Assembly: GCF_004010195.1 (NCBI RefSeq)
Contig: NC_057750.1
Location: forward strand, 1,159,768 to 1,223,767
Direction of reading: 5' to 3'
DNA: 64,000 nt
Source: Chiloscyllium plagiosum
Taxonomy: Eukaryota
Positions 37,370 to 48,192 of this stretch are shown here, in pieces (the first letter of the stretch is position 1; every line of letters starts with the position of its first letter). A program made the translations under genes and the position numbers. Under the pieces are notes generated by a model that saw nothing but the letters and a program-made list of their open reading frames with translations, was not told the origin of the DNA and did no database searches.

Positions 37370-39134
37370 GCAATGACTCAGCAATGTCTGTCTCAGCAAT
37401 GACACAGCAATGACTCAGCAATATCTCAGCAATATCTCAGCAATGACTCAGCAATGACTCAGCAATGACTCATCAATGTCTCTCAGCAATGACTCAGCAA
37501 TGTCTCAGCAATGACTCAGCAATTCTCAGCAATGTCTGTCCCAGTAATTCTCAGCAATGACTCAGTAATTACTCAACAATGGTCTGTCTCAGTAATATCT
37601 CAGCAATATCTCAGCAATGTCTCACAAATGTCTCAGCAAGTCTCAGCAATATCTCAGCAATGTCTGTCTCAGCAATTCTCAGCAATGTCTCAGCAATGTC
37701 TCAGCAATGTCTCAGCAATGCCTGTCTCAGCAATTCTCAGCAATGTTCAAAGTTTGGGAGAAGATTTGTAGCTCGGGTGCTCGTTGTTATAGTTGTGTTC
37801 GCCGAGCTGGGAATTTGTGTTGCAGACATTTCGTCCCCTGTCTAGGTGACATCCTCAGTGCTAGACGTGATGGTACAGAGAACACCGAATGGAGAATTCA
37901 CCACAAAGGTATACAGGAAAGCCACACACACAGACCAAGTCCTGAACTACGAAAGCAACCACCCCAACACACACAAAAGCAGCTGCATCAAGACACTATT
38001 CAAAAGGGCCACAACACACTGCAGTACACCAGAACTGCAAAAAGAGGAAGAAGAACACCTATACAATGTATTCGCCAAAAACGGACACCCGCGCAATGTC
38101 ATCAACAGATGCCTAAGGGAAAGACATGCCGCAACCCAAAGGACTAGCCATACTACCATACATCAAGAGCATTTCCGAACTGACAGCCAGACTACTGCGA
38201 CCACTAGGACTCATAACAGCACACAAACCAACAGCCACTCTCAGACAACCCAAGGACCCAATACCCAGCATGAGCAAAACCAATGTAGTGTACAAAATCC
38301 CATGCAAGGACTGCACAAAACACTACATAGGACAAACAGGAAGACAGCTAATGGTCCGCATCCATATACACCAATTAACCACGAAACGACACGACCAGCT
38401 ATCCTTAGTAGCCACACACTCAGATGACAAGCAACATGAATTCGACTGGGACAACACTACTGTTATAGGCCAAGCCAAACAAAGAACAGCCAGGGAATTC
38501 CTAGAGGCATGGCACTCATCCATAGATTCAAATCAATAAGCACATCGACCTGGACCCAATATACCGACCACTGCAGCGGACAGCTGGAACTGACAACCGG
38601 AAGCGGCAGGTACAAACCACTATAAATGCCAGAGGAAAGATCACAGAAGCGCTTCACAGGAGGCTCCCAAGCACCGAGGATGTCACCTAGACAGGGGACG
38701 AAACGTCTGCAACACAAATTCCCAGCTCGGTGAACAGAACCACAACATCTCAGCAATGTGTCAGCAATATCTCAGCAATGTCTGTCTCAGGAATATCTCA
38801 GCAATGTCTGTCTCAGCAATATCTCAGCAATGTCTGACTCAGCAATGACTCAGCAATGTCTGTCTCAGCAATGACTCAGCAATATCTCAGCAATGTCTGA
38901 CTCAGCAATGACTCAGCAATGTTTGTCTCAGCAATGACTCAGCAATGTCTGTCTCAGCAATTCTCAGCAATGTCTGACTCAGCAATGACTCAGCAATATC
39001 TGTCTCAGCAATTCTCAGCAATGTCTGTTTCAGCAATGACTCAGCAATGTCTGTCTCAGCAATTCTCAGCAATGACTCAGCAATGTCTGTCTCAGCAATG
39101 ACTCAGCAATGTCTCAACAATATCTCAGCAATGC
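37370..39134 (+). repeat. Degenerate (CTCAGCAATGA/T)-type minisatellite, split into 37370-37745 and 38748-39134
   Basis: Dozens of ctcagcaat cores with 10-15 bp period. Confidence 0.95.
37746..38747 (+). mobile_element. 5'-truncated Penelope-like element (Poseidon-like) with inverted 5' pLTR; RT thumb plus GIY-YIG endonuclease remnant
   Basis: VYRKATHTDQVLNYESNHPNTHK; VVYKIPCKDCTKHYIGQTGRQLMVRIHIH...AREFLEAWH; inverted arms 37783-37862 / 38670-38747 with hammerhead motifs at 37825-37858(-) and 38674-38707(+). Confidence 0.9.
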
Positions 39135-39214
39135 TCTGTACAGTTGTACCAAGACCTTCTTCTTTGTGTGTTCCAACCTGGACAAAGGGAGTTTAAATTC
39201 TTATCTTTTTCAAT

Positions 39215-39490
39215 TCTGTCCTCGGGTGACTGTCTGTATGGAGTGTGCACATTCTCTCCGTGTCAGTGTGGGTTACTTCCGAGTGCTCTGATTGCCTCCC
39301 ACAGTCTAAAGATGTGCAGGTTAGGGTGGATTGGCCATAGGAAATTGTCCCGTAATGTCCAGGGATGTGCAGCCTGGGTGGGTTAGCCATGGGAAGTGTG
39401 GGTTTACGAGGATAGGATGGAATGTTCTTCAGTAGATCGTTGCAGATTGGAGGTCAAATGGCCTGTTTCCATTCTGTAGGGATTCAATGA
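39215..39490 (+). mobile_element. 5'-truncated HE1-like V-SINE
   Basis: V-domain and tail. Confidence 0.75.
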
Positions 39491-39939
39491 TTCTGTAACC
39501 ACTGTGCAATAAAATGCCAGCATTGTCCTTGCCTTCCTAATATTTTCACAGACTGATCATGTTTCAATAACATGAGGAAAAATAAATCTTTAGAACATGT
39601 TGCAAGCTGAACAGTTTGAGGGTTTACAGAAATGAGTACTATCCAATAAATGGTTAATTTATAATTACCAACTGAAGGCATCAAATGGATTGTCAGGCAA
39701 GACAAGTATCGACTACAGTAATTAAAAATGCGTCAGAAAACTGCACAAATTATGTTAAAATTCATGCTGTCCACAGTCCACAAATGCTTTAGTTATTGAG
39801 GATAAATTGAACAAAGAAATAGTTTCGGGACATTATTTTAAGCTGTTAAATTTATAAACTAAGTCAATACTTCTTACAGTGATGATTGGGGTGAAAATAC
39901 TCAGTCGCATTGGGAAACAGCTCCTCCTTCCACATCCAG

Positions 39940-40072
39940 ATGTTGAGTCTAGTGGAGGAAGATGGATTGGAAGAGAGGGGACACAGGATAAAAAACGGGA
40001 TTGTAATCAAACAAAGCACTAGCCACGCTTGTGGAACAGCAGGTGTACTTTCGGCTGAAGTGGCAGTGGAGT
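39940..40072 (+). CDS. Candidate internal exon E (MLSLVEEDGLEERGHRIKNGIVIKQSTSHACGTAGVLSAEVAVE), phase 0->1; alternative donor after 40042
   Basis: Acceptor ctcctccttccacatccag; donors T|gtaagg (40073) or CAG|gtgtac (40043), both phase 1; only frame 0 open. Confidence 0.35.
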
Positions 40073-40124
40073 GTAAGGAGGGACCGAGCTTACTGAACGG
40101 CTTTAATTCATCCACCCTTTAATG

Positions 40125-40400
40125 ATTCATAGAATCCTTACAGTGCAGACAGAGGCTATTTGGACCACTGAGTTCACACCATCCCACCAAAGAGCACCTC
40201 ATGCAGACCCACCCCTATCCCTTCATTTCCCATGGCTAATCCACCTAGCCTGCACATCCTTGGACAACAGGAGGTAATCAAAGCAAGTCCACACAGACAC
40301 AGGGACAATGTGCAGACTCCACACAAACACCCACCTGAGGGTGGAATCGAACCCAGGTCCCTGGTGCAGTGAGGAAGCGGTGCTAACCACTGAGCCACCC
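40125..40400 (-). mobile_element. HE1-like V-SINE
   Basis: Reverse complement of head and tail. Confidence 0.8.
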
Positions 40401-41182
40401 TGGTTCACTAATGCACCTTTACCCAGTCTGGCCGTCTTTAACCACAAAGATATGATTGTCTCTTACTCTTTAGCTCTGAAATGGCTGGCCAAGTCAATCA
40501 GTTTAGACTTGCTGGCAAATCTCCCTTCCTGAACCAAGAGTGAACTTTTAAATAGATTAAAAATGCAATCATAAGAGTAATTGTCTTACTCAGTGATATC
40601 CTTTCAGTCTCTTCCCTAAAAATGCATCCTCTCCACCCCCAGTAACATTTCCTTTCCCATTGCCAGTTTCTCCGTAGAAGATGAAGTGACAGTGAAGAGT
40701 TCAATCTTCACACAATCTTCATCTTCTCTGTGCCTTCACTGTAGAGTAACTACAAGACATACTGTGCTATTTCATATTCTGGTATTCCCAAACATTTACA
40801 TAAAAATTCTTATTTCTGTCTATTTCCAAATGTATCCAGTAATTCTTTCAGGTCCAGAGTCAGTTTCATCAATTTATTACATATTGAACTAATATATCTT
40901 TCCCCCCCACCTCTCCTTGTATCCATGTTGTGTCCTTCACTGCCGATATTGAATGAGAAATTTTCAATTAAAGACTAATATTTAAAGGACGCAAGGAAAT
41001 AAAAAGGTGATTAACTTTCACATCTTTTAACATTATTGTGTTGAAGGCATTAGAAGGGGATGAACAGGGTGAGTTACTATGACTGACAATGTCGGGGAGC
41101 GAAAGTTACCAGTTGCAAGCATCATTAGCCTGGACTGGCTTTGTGAGTACACCAGAAATAATTGTGAACATTAATCTTGCAG

Positions 41183-41266
41183 CTTTAACTGTTGAGTTCA
41201 GTAACGCCCTGCAGACAGTTATCTCCGATACTGTCAACGTTCACTGTTCAAAGGATAACCGCATGG
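41183..41266 (+). CDS. Candidate internal exon F (LTVEFSNALQTVISDTVNVHCSKDNRM), phase 1->1
   Basis: attaatcttgcag| ... ATGG|gtgaga; 84 nt; only phase-1 frame open. Confidence 0.55.
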
Positions 41267-42249
41267 GTGAGAAGAAAAAGATTATTAAAGTTCATCCTAA
41301 CTTTGCCTAGATGTAGAGGGCATGTGGTTTATCTCACAATGTCTTATTGGTGTGGAAACATTGGAAATAGGTGCAGGAGTAGGCCATTCAGCCCTTTCAG
41401 CCTAGTTTACCATTCAATGGCTCATCATCCAACTAATGCCCCGCGCTCACTTTTTCCTCACACTCTTTGATCCCTTTTGTCCTAAGAACTTTATCCACAT
41501 CTTTCTTGAGAGTCTTCAATGTTTGGACTCAACTGCTTTCTGTGATAAAGAATTCCATGGGTTCACCAGTTTCTGGGTGAAAAGAATTCCTCTTCGTCTC
41601 TGTCCTAAAAGGCCCAAACTTTATCTTACAGTGTGCTCCAAAAGCCAAAACATCCATCCTAGCATCCAACTGTCCCGTAAACATATTCGGAGTCCTTTTC
41701 CTCCACAAATCTACTTGGAAATCCATTTCATTTATTGATAGTTTAATGAAAATTCCAAAATGGGGTATCACCAAAGTTGTTACTTCCTGTTTTATTTTGT
41801 TGCTTCTCCTGACACACATCTGAAACTCATCCCTTTTGTTACGATGGATAATGTTAATGTTTGGTAAAGACCTCTGTTCCTCAGGGAACAGAGAGTGGAA
41901 GTTAGGGTGGAGTTGAACTCAAACTTACTACTTGAACAAAGTGTCTTCAATCTTCAGTTGTGAAGAAGTTTATCAGAAGAAGGTAACAGTACATTCATGC
42001 TGAAAATCACGGAAGTATCATCGAAGTGTATTGGTGCAGAGGAGGCCATTTGGCCCTTCATACCTGTACCAGCTCATTTAACAAACATCTTTACAACTCC
42101 TCCATTGTGAGGCCATTTGGAGCAAGGATTGAATCCAAACATCATCACTCCTACTGGGCCCTCGGAGGAGCAGTACCAGCTGCTTTCCAATAATAATCCC
42201 TCAATCTCCATTCTTACAATTCCTTCAAATGATTTAATCCTTGCTTTTC

Positions 42250-42975
42250 ATGGTGAATGGTAGGGCCTTAAGGAGTGTAGTGAACAGAGGGACCTTGGAG
42301 TTCAGGTGCACGGCTCTCTGAATGTGGAGTCACAGGTAGACAGTGCAGTGAGGAAGGGTTTTGGCTCACTGGCCTTCATCAGACAGGGCATGGACTATAG
42401 AAGTTGGAAAGTTGTGTCACAGTTATACAGGACATCGGTGAGGCCGTTACTTGGAGTATTGTGTTCGGTGTTGGTCACTTTGCTCTAGGAAGGATGTTAT
42501 TAAACTGGAAAGAGTGCAGAAGAAAGTTATAAGTATGTTGCCAGGACTGAGGGGTCTGAGTTACAGGGAGAGGTTGTCAAGCTAGGACTTTTTCCTTTAG
42601 AGCGTAGGAGAGTAGAGGTGTATAAGATCATGAGAGGCATAGATAGGGTGAATGCACTCAGTCTTTTTCCCAGGGTTGGGGGATCAAGGACTAGAGAAAA
42701 TCAGTTTAAGGTTAGATGGGAAAGAATAAAAGGGAACATGAGGGGAAACATTTTTACACAGAGGTTGGTATGTATATGGAATGAGCTGCCAATGGAAGTG
42801 GTTGAGGCAGATACATTAACAACATTTAAAAAACATTTGGACAAGTACATGGATAGGAAAGGATTAGAAGGATATGAGCCAAGTGCAGTGAAATGGGGTT
42901 AGTGTGGATGGACATTTTGGTCGGTATGGACCAGTTTGGGTCAAAGGGCCTATCTCTGTGCTGGAGGACTCTATG
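42250..42975 (+). mobile_element. CR1 LINE 3' fragment
   Basis: QLYRTSVRPLL; YKIMRGIDRVN...IFTQRLVCIWNELP. Confidence 0.9.
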
Positions 42976-43639
42976 ACTCGATAACTCATGACCTGATAAC
43001 AATGCCTGCACTTTTGAAAAAAATATAGGCAAAATGGTGAGATGTCCTCTTTAAAATGGAGCCTTTCTCGCGAGCTTGCCTCTTTTAGAAATCTGCAGCT
43101 TGTCCAGATTTGGTGTTCATTTTGATCGCAATTGTGTCTGTCAGTGAAATCTTGACTTCATTAAAATGCCCAGTGAGAGCCTGCAGCTGTTTCATTCCAC
43201 TAAGCATCACCTTCATTTTCACACATTCTTCAATCGAATTATAATTAGAAGTAATAGCGATAAGAAAGACATTAAAATTCAGAAGTATGCCATAGATGGG
43301 AGACAGTTGAAATAAAATTGAGATTTTGAAAACTGCAATATTGTATGTTTGGTTTAATCTCTAATTAATTTAAATTTAACATTTCCAAAAGCAATACTCT
43401 ATTAATTTATCTGTCTGTCTGTTTATCCCTTTATGGGTTACAGTGTTTGTCTGAGTGTCTGTCTGTCTGTCTTCTGATCTCTTGCTATTTAACATACATT
43501 TCAGCTTCTTCCATTTGTCTGTCTACAATTGGTGACAGCTTTCCTTGGACCACTGGCTTCTGAGGCCATATCTCACAATCATCCCAAAACTTTGTAAAAG
43601 CCTTAAAATATTAACAGATCCTGTTCCTCCTTGCTTTTC

Positions 43640-43775
43640 TCCCTCTCGTTCTCTCTCGCTCCTCTCTTTTCTCTCTCTCATTCTCTCCCTCCTCTCTCCT
43701 CTCTTCTCTCTCTTTCCTCTCTCTCTTCTCTCTCTCTCCTCTCTCTCTCTCTCGCTTTTTCTCCAGCTCTCTGTC
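43640..43775. repeat. (TC)n-rich microsatellite
   Basis: Directly visible. Confidence 0.9.
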
Positions 43776-43814
43776 TAATTTTGATTTCTCTCATGAAAGA
43801 ATCTAAATTTCTGT

Positions 43815-44357
43815 GGGGACTGAGTGAGTGCTGCACAGTTGGAGATGCTGGATTCCAGGTGAAAGGTGACATGTCCCCCTTTCAAGACGATGTAATAGAT
43901 TCCACAAACCTCTTTTGAAGAGAGCAGGGAGCTATCCCATTATCCAGAGCAATAATTATTCCACAAAGTGAAAAAATATAGATTAGCTGGGCATGAAACA
44001 TATTGCTACTTGTGGGATCTCACTGTGCACAAATTGGCTGTTAGGTTTCCCACATTGTAGCAATCGCCATGCTTCCCAAAGTAATTAATTGGACTGAAAA
44101 TGTGTTGCTGGAAAAGCGCAGCAGGTCAGGCAGCATCCAAGGAGCAGGAGAATTCCTGAAGAAGGGCTTATGCCCGAAACATCGATTCTCCTGCTCCCTG
44201 GATGCTGCCTGACCTGCTGCACTTTTCCAGCTACACATTTTCAGCTCTGATCTCCAGCATCTGCAGTCCTCACTTTCTCCCCTAATTAATTGCACTGTAA
44301 AGTGTTTTGACACATTCTGAAAAAGTGTTTTACAGAGAAATGAGAATTCTTTCTTCA
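43815..44357 (+). mobile_element. Old DeuSINE-like element, interrupted by a family 1 unit
   Basis: Deu-like gaagagagcagggagc...attgctacttgtgggatctcactgtgcacaaattggctg and tail ctgtaaagtgttttg...aattctttcttc. Confidence 0.6.
44092..44282 (+). mobile_element. Penelope-derived family 1 fold-back unit with hammerhead motif (44156-44183) at the hairpin apex
   Basis: 10-bp TSD taattaattg (44082, 44283); arms 44094-44153 / 44185-44244; CUGAAGA AGGGC-UUAU-GCCC GAAA CAUC. Confidence 0.85.
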
Positions 44358-44559
44358 TAATGGATCGACATCAAAGGCACAACATGGGATATAACAGGCC
44401 CTAATGCTCCCATGTTAGGGAGGGAGGTGAGGTTAGAGTGTCCATTCCTGCTTACCATCGGGTCATCCCCAGGCATAGGTCACTTCCAAGAACAGGACTG
44501 AGCTGGGCGACCTGTGGTCAGTTAGTTGGAATTTACAAATCTGAACATGCAACGCCGAT

Positions 44560-44826
44560 CTAATAAAACAAGGAACTGTGGTTGCTGGGAATATGAAACA
44601 GAAACATACAGTGCTGGAAAAGCTCAGCAGGTTTGGCAGTGTCTGTGGAGAGAGAAAACAGAGTTAACATTTTTCGAATCCAGTGAATTCTGAGGAAGGG
44701 TCATTCAACCTGAAACTTTAACATTGATTTCTCTGCACAGATGCTGCCAGACCTGCTGAGCTTTTCCAGCAATTTCTGTTTTTGTTTCTGATTTTCAGCA
44801 TCTGCAGTTCATTCAGCTTTTATTAA
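44560..44826 (+). mobile_element. Penelope-derived family 3 fold-back unit with decayed hammerhead motif (~44690-44718)
   Basis: ~110-bp inverted arms; CUGAGGA AGGGUC-AUUC-AACCU GAAA. Confidence 0.7.
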
Positions 44827-45109
44827 GTTCTGAAGAACTTCTTAGTTTCTCCAGTGAGTTCTGTTTTTGTTCCTTAAATCCTGATTTTTTTTTTCCGGAT
44901 GAGGTACTGGAACCGTGCCAGAGCTCACGAAAGTAAGGAACAGCAAGAGTCAGAAATGCAAAGGAAGACACAAAGTTAAATCCCATCTCCAGCAGTTATA
45001 CTGTCATAGAGCAGGAGAATGGACAATATTTATGTCATTTACACCACCCAGCCTCACCTCCATCGTGGTGGTTCATGAATTCAAATTTTAGAGACAACTG
45101 GAAATGATA

Positions 45110-45635
45110 AATCGCCTTCTATAGGAAGAACGTTGTTAAACATGAAAGGGTGCAGGAAGGATTTACACGGATGTTGCCAGGTTTGGAGGATTTGAGCGAT
45201 GGGGAGAGGCTGGATAGGCTGGGACTGTTTTACCTGGAGCATCGGAGGCTGAGGGGTTGATAGAGGTTGATAAAATTCTGAGGGACATGGATAGGGTAAA
45301 TAGATAACGTCATTTCCCTGGGATGGGGGAGTTCAGAACTAGAGGGCATAGGTTTAGGATGAGAGGGGAAAGATATAAAAGGGACCTAAGGGGTAACTTT
45401 CTCACACAGAGGGTGGTGCATGTATGGAATGAGCTGCCAGAGGAAGTGGTGGAGGCTGGTACAATTACAACATTTAAAAGGCATCTGGATGTATATGAAT
45501 AGGAATGTTTAGAGGAATATGGGTCGATTGCTGGCAAATGGGACTAGATTAATTTAGGATATCAGGTCAGCATGGACAAGTTGGACTGAAGGGTCTGTTT
45601 CTGTGCTGTACAGCTCTATGACTCTATGAGTCTAT
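45110..45635 (+). mobile_element. CR1 LINE 3' fragment
   Basis: Same family as 13135 and 32285. Confidence 0.9.
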
Positions 45636-45794
45636 GATGATTGTAAACTATTGTAAAATCCAACTGGTCATCTTTGTGGGAGGAAAATATGCTATCTGTA
45701 CCTCAGTCTAGACTGTGTGGAACTCCAAGCTCCACACCAGTGTGCCTGACACACTGAACTGCTCCTTCACGTAGCCAAGCTGACCATTCAGTTC

Positions 45795-46068
45795 TAGAAT
45801 CATAGAACAGAATCATAGAATCCCCAGAGTGCAGAAGGAGGTCATTTGGCCCATTGAGTCAGCACCAACCCTTCAAAGAGCATACCACCCAACCCAGACC
45901 CCTACCCTATCCCTGTTCCCCATGGCTAATCCACCTAACCTACCTATCCCTGGACACTAGGGGGCAATTTTCCATGGCCAAGCCACCTAACCTGCATACC
46001 TTTGGATTGTAGGAGGAAACCAGAGCACCTAGAGGAAACCCACACAGAAACAGGGAGAAGGTGCAAGT
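45795..46068 (-). mobile_element. HE1-like V-SINE (5'-truncated)
   Basis: Tail and V-domain reverse complement. Confidence 0.75.
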
Positions 46069-46737
46069 CAAAAAGGAGACTTTATACAACCTGTTGAGGA
46101 AAGACTCGTAATTGTTGGGCACCAATGACCAACACATCCAGAAATGAATTCAGAAAATGATCCAACAATCAACTGGGAACTTTGAGGGACCCAAAATAAG
46201 ATAGCAATCATCAAGCAGCTGTTAATAACAACCCTGTGTCTGATATAAATCAATCTCACATCACAGAAACAATTAAATTCAATTATATAATTGTACAATA
46301 CCAGTCTTTATTCGTGTTCTGAGGAGATTGCAGAACACAGAGTACATGAGTGAACTCTTAATTAGATGGCAATTTCTATTATCCTCTAGTACACTGTAAC
46401 CCGCCCACTCACCTCCCCCACCCCATTCCCTTTCAGCTCTCCCCTATTTATCATTAAACATCACAGGCACTTAGGAATAAAATCAAGAAACTAACATGAA
46501 AAAGGAGGAGAGAGATGTTTCCACTCGAGGTTAGACATGCAAACTGTTCCTGCATGGTGACCAGCCCTTCAGCCCATCACGAGCACAGTGCTGTCCCAGA
46601 TGAGCCACCCAGTCCACTACCTCCCACCTCTCATTCCACTTTCAAGCGACTTACTCACTTCCATGCTATTTATTCAGTCATTAAAGATTTGTGGCAGTGA
46701 ATTCTGCATTCTAACCCCCTTTGCAACAATCAATTTT

Positions 46738-47085
46738 CAGTTCTGAGGAAGATCACTGGACCTGAGATGTTAACTCTGATTTCTCGCTGTCAGTGCCAGG
46801 TGGCTCAGTGGCTAGCACTGTTGCCTCATAGTGCCAGGGACCTGGGTTCGAATCAACCCTTGGGTGACTGTGCAGAGTTTGCATGTTCTCCCTGCATCTG
46901 TGTAGAGCTCTGGTTAAGTCCCAAGATGTTCAGGTTTGAGTAGATTGGTGTGGGAAATGCAAGATTACAGGGATGAGGTGGGATGCTCTTCAAAGGGTTG
47001 GTGCAGGCTTGAGAATGGTCTGCTTCTACTGTAAGGATTCTGTGACCTGCTGAGCTTTTCCAGCAATTTCTGTTTTGAATCGATT
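46738..47085 (+). mobile_element. Family 3 unit interrupted by a V-SINE (46795-47042)
   Basis: ttctgaggaagatcactggacctgagatgttaactctg | SINE | gacctgctgagcttttccagc. Confidence 0.6.
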
Positions 47086-47964
47086 TCATCTCCTGATTAT
47101 TTTCCTGATTCTGTCAGTGATTTTCTTTAATCCCTTGTAATGATCAACCTGACCCTTTGTGTGGCAAACTCTTCATTGTTCTGGGGGACATCTCTCAGGC
47201 CAATACTCAAAATGTACACTTCAGTTCAAAAGTCTCTAGTGTGAGAAATCTGAACATTGCAAATCTCACTCCAGCCTTCAACTCCAACATAAATGTCAGG
47301 CAGTTGTCATGGTGATCACAATGCGATGTTAATGTCTGTATGCCATAGTCCAACTCCAGTAACACTGAGGCCTGTACAACGATAACACCATCTCTGTGCT
47401 TTTCTCACCAGTGCCTCTAAATACCTAGATGTGGAGATGCCGGAGATGAACTGGGCTGGACAAGGTCAAAAGTCACACAACATCAGGTTACAGTCCAACA
47501 GGTTTATTGGAATACCAAACCAGGGACTATACTAGAGAAGAAATTCCTTCTTATCTCTTTCATAAATAGATAACTTCTCACTCTGAGATGATCTCCACTC
47601 CCACAAGGGGAAACAACTTCTATACATTTACCCTTAGAATCTTGGATGAGGACATGAAATGTTGACCTTTCCAACTACATAACCTGCTAACATGTCCTGC
47701 TGCCGTGTGGATCTCTGAGGCACCAGCATCGACTTCCAGAACTGTAAGTCCATCTGTCTGGTCTTCGATGGGACCGTGTTGACTGCAGGAAGAACTGTAG
47801 CTTGGAGGAACATTGGTCCTCAATGATGGCCACTTCCATGGAATGTAACAAGCAATTTGCTGCAGGAAGGATTCTAATGGGGTTGAACAAACACACAGTT
47901 GCTTGCCTTGTTTATAGACACCAGGAGTTCACACTGACATGTCTTCCTATATCAGAAACTGACA

Positions 47965-48192
47965 CAGAAAATCTGGAATTAAGAGTCTAATGATGATCAT
48001 GAATCGATTGTCGATTGATGGAATAATCAATCTCCTTTAGAGAAGGAAACTACCATCCTTACCTGGTCTGGTCTACATGTGACTCCAGACGCACAGCAAT
48101 GGGGTTGATTCTTAACTGCCCCCTGGGTAATTAGGATGGGCAATAAATGCTGGCCCAGCCAGCAACACCCTCATCCTGTGAATGAATAAATA
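47965..48192 (+). mobile_element. Family B SINE (head missing)
   Basis: Matches 900-1135. Confidence 0.75.

Noticed and set aside
47632..47782. Minus-strand exon-like segment (QHGPIEDQTDGLTVLEVDAGASE...)
   Set aside because: Has plausible AG/GT ends but I found no partner minus-strand exons or recognisable homology.
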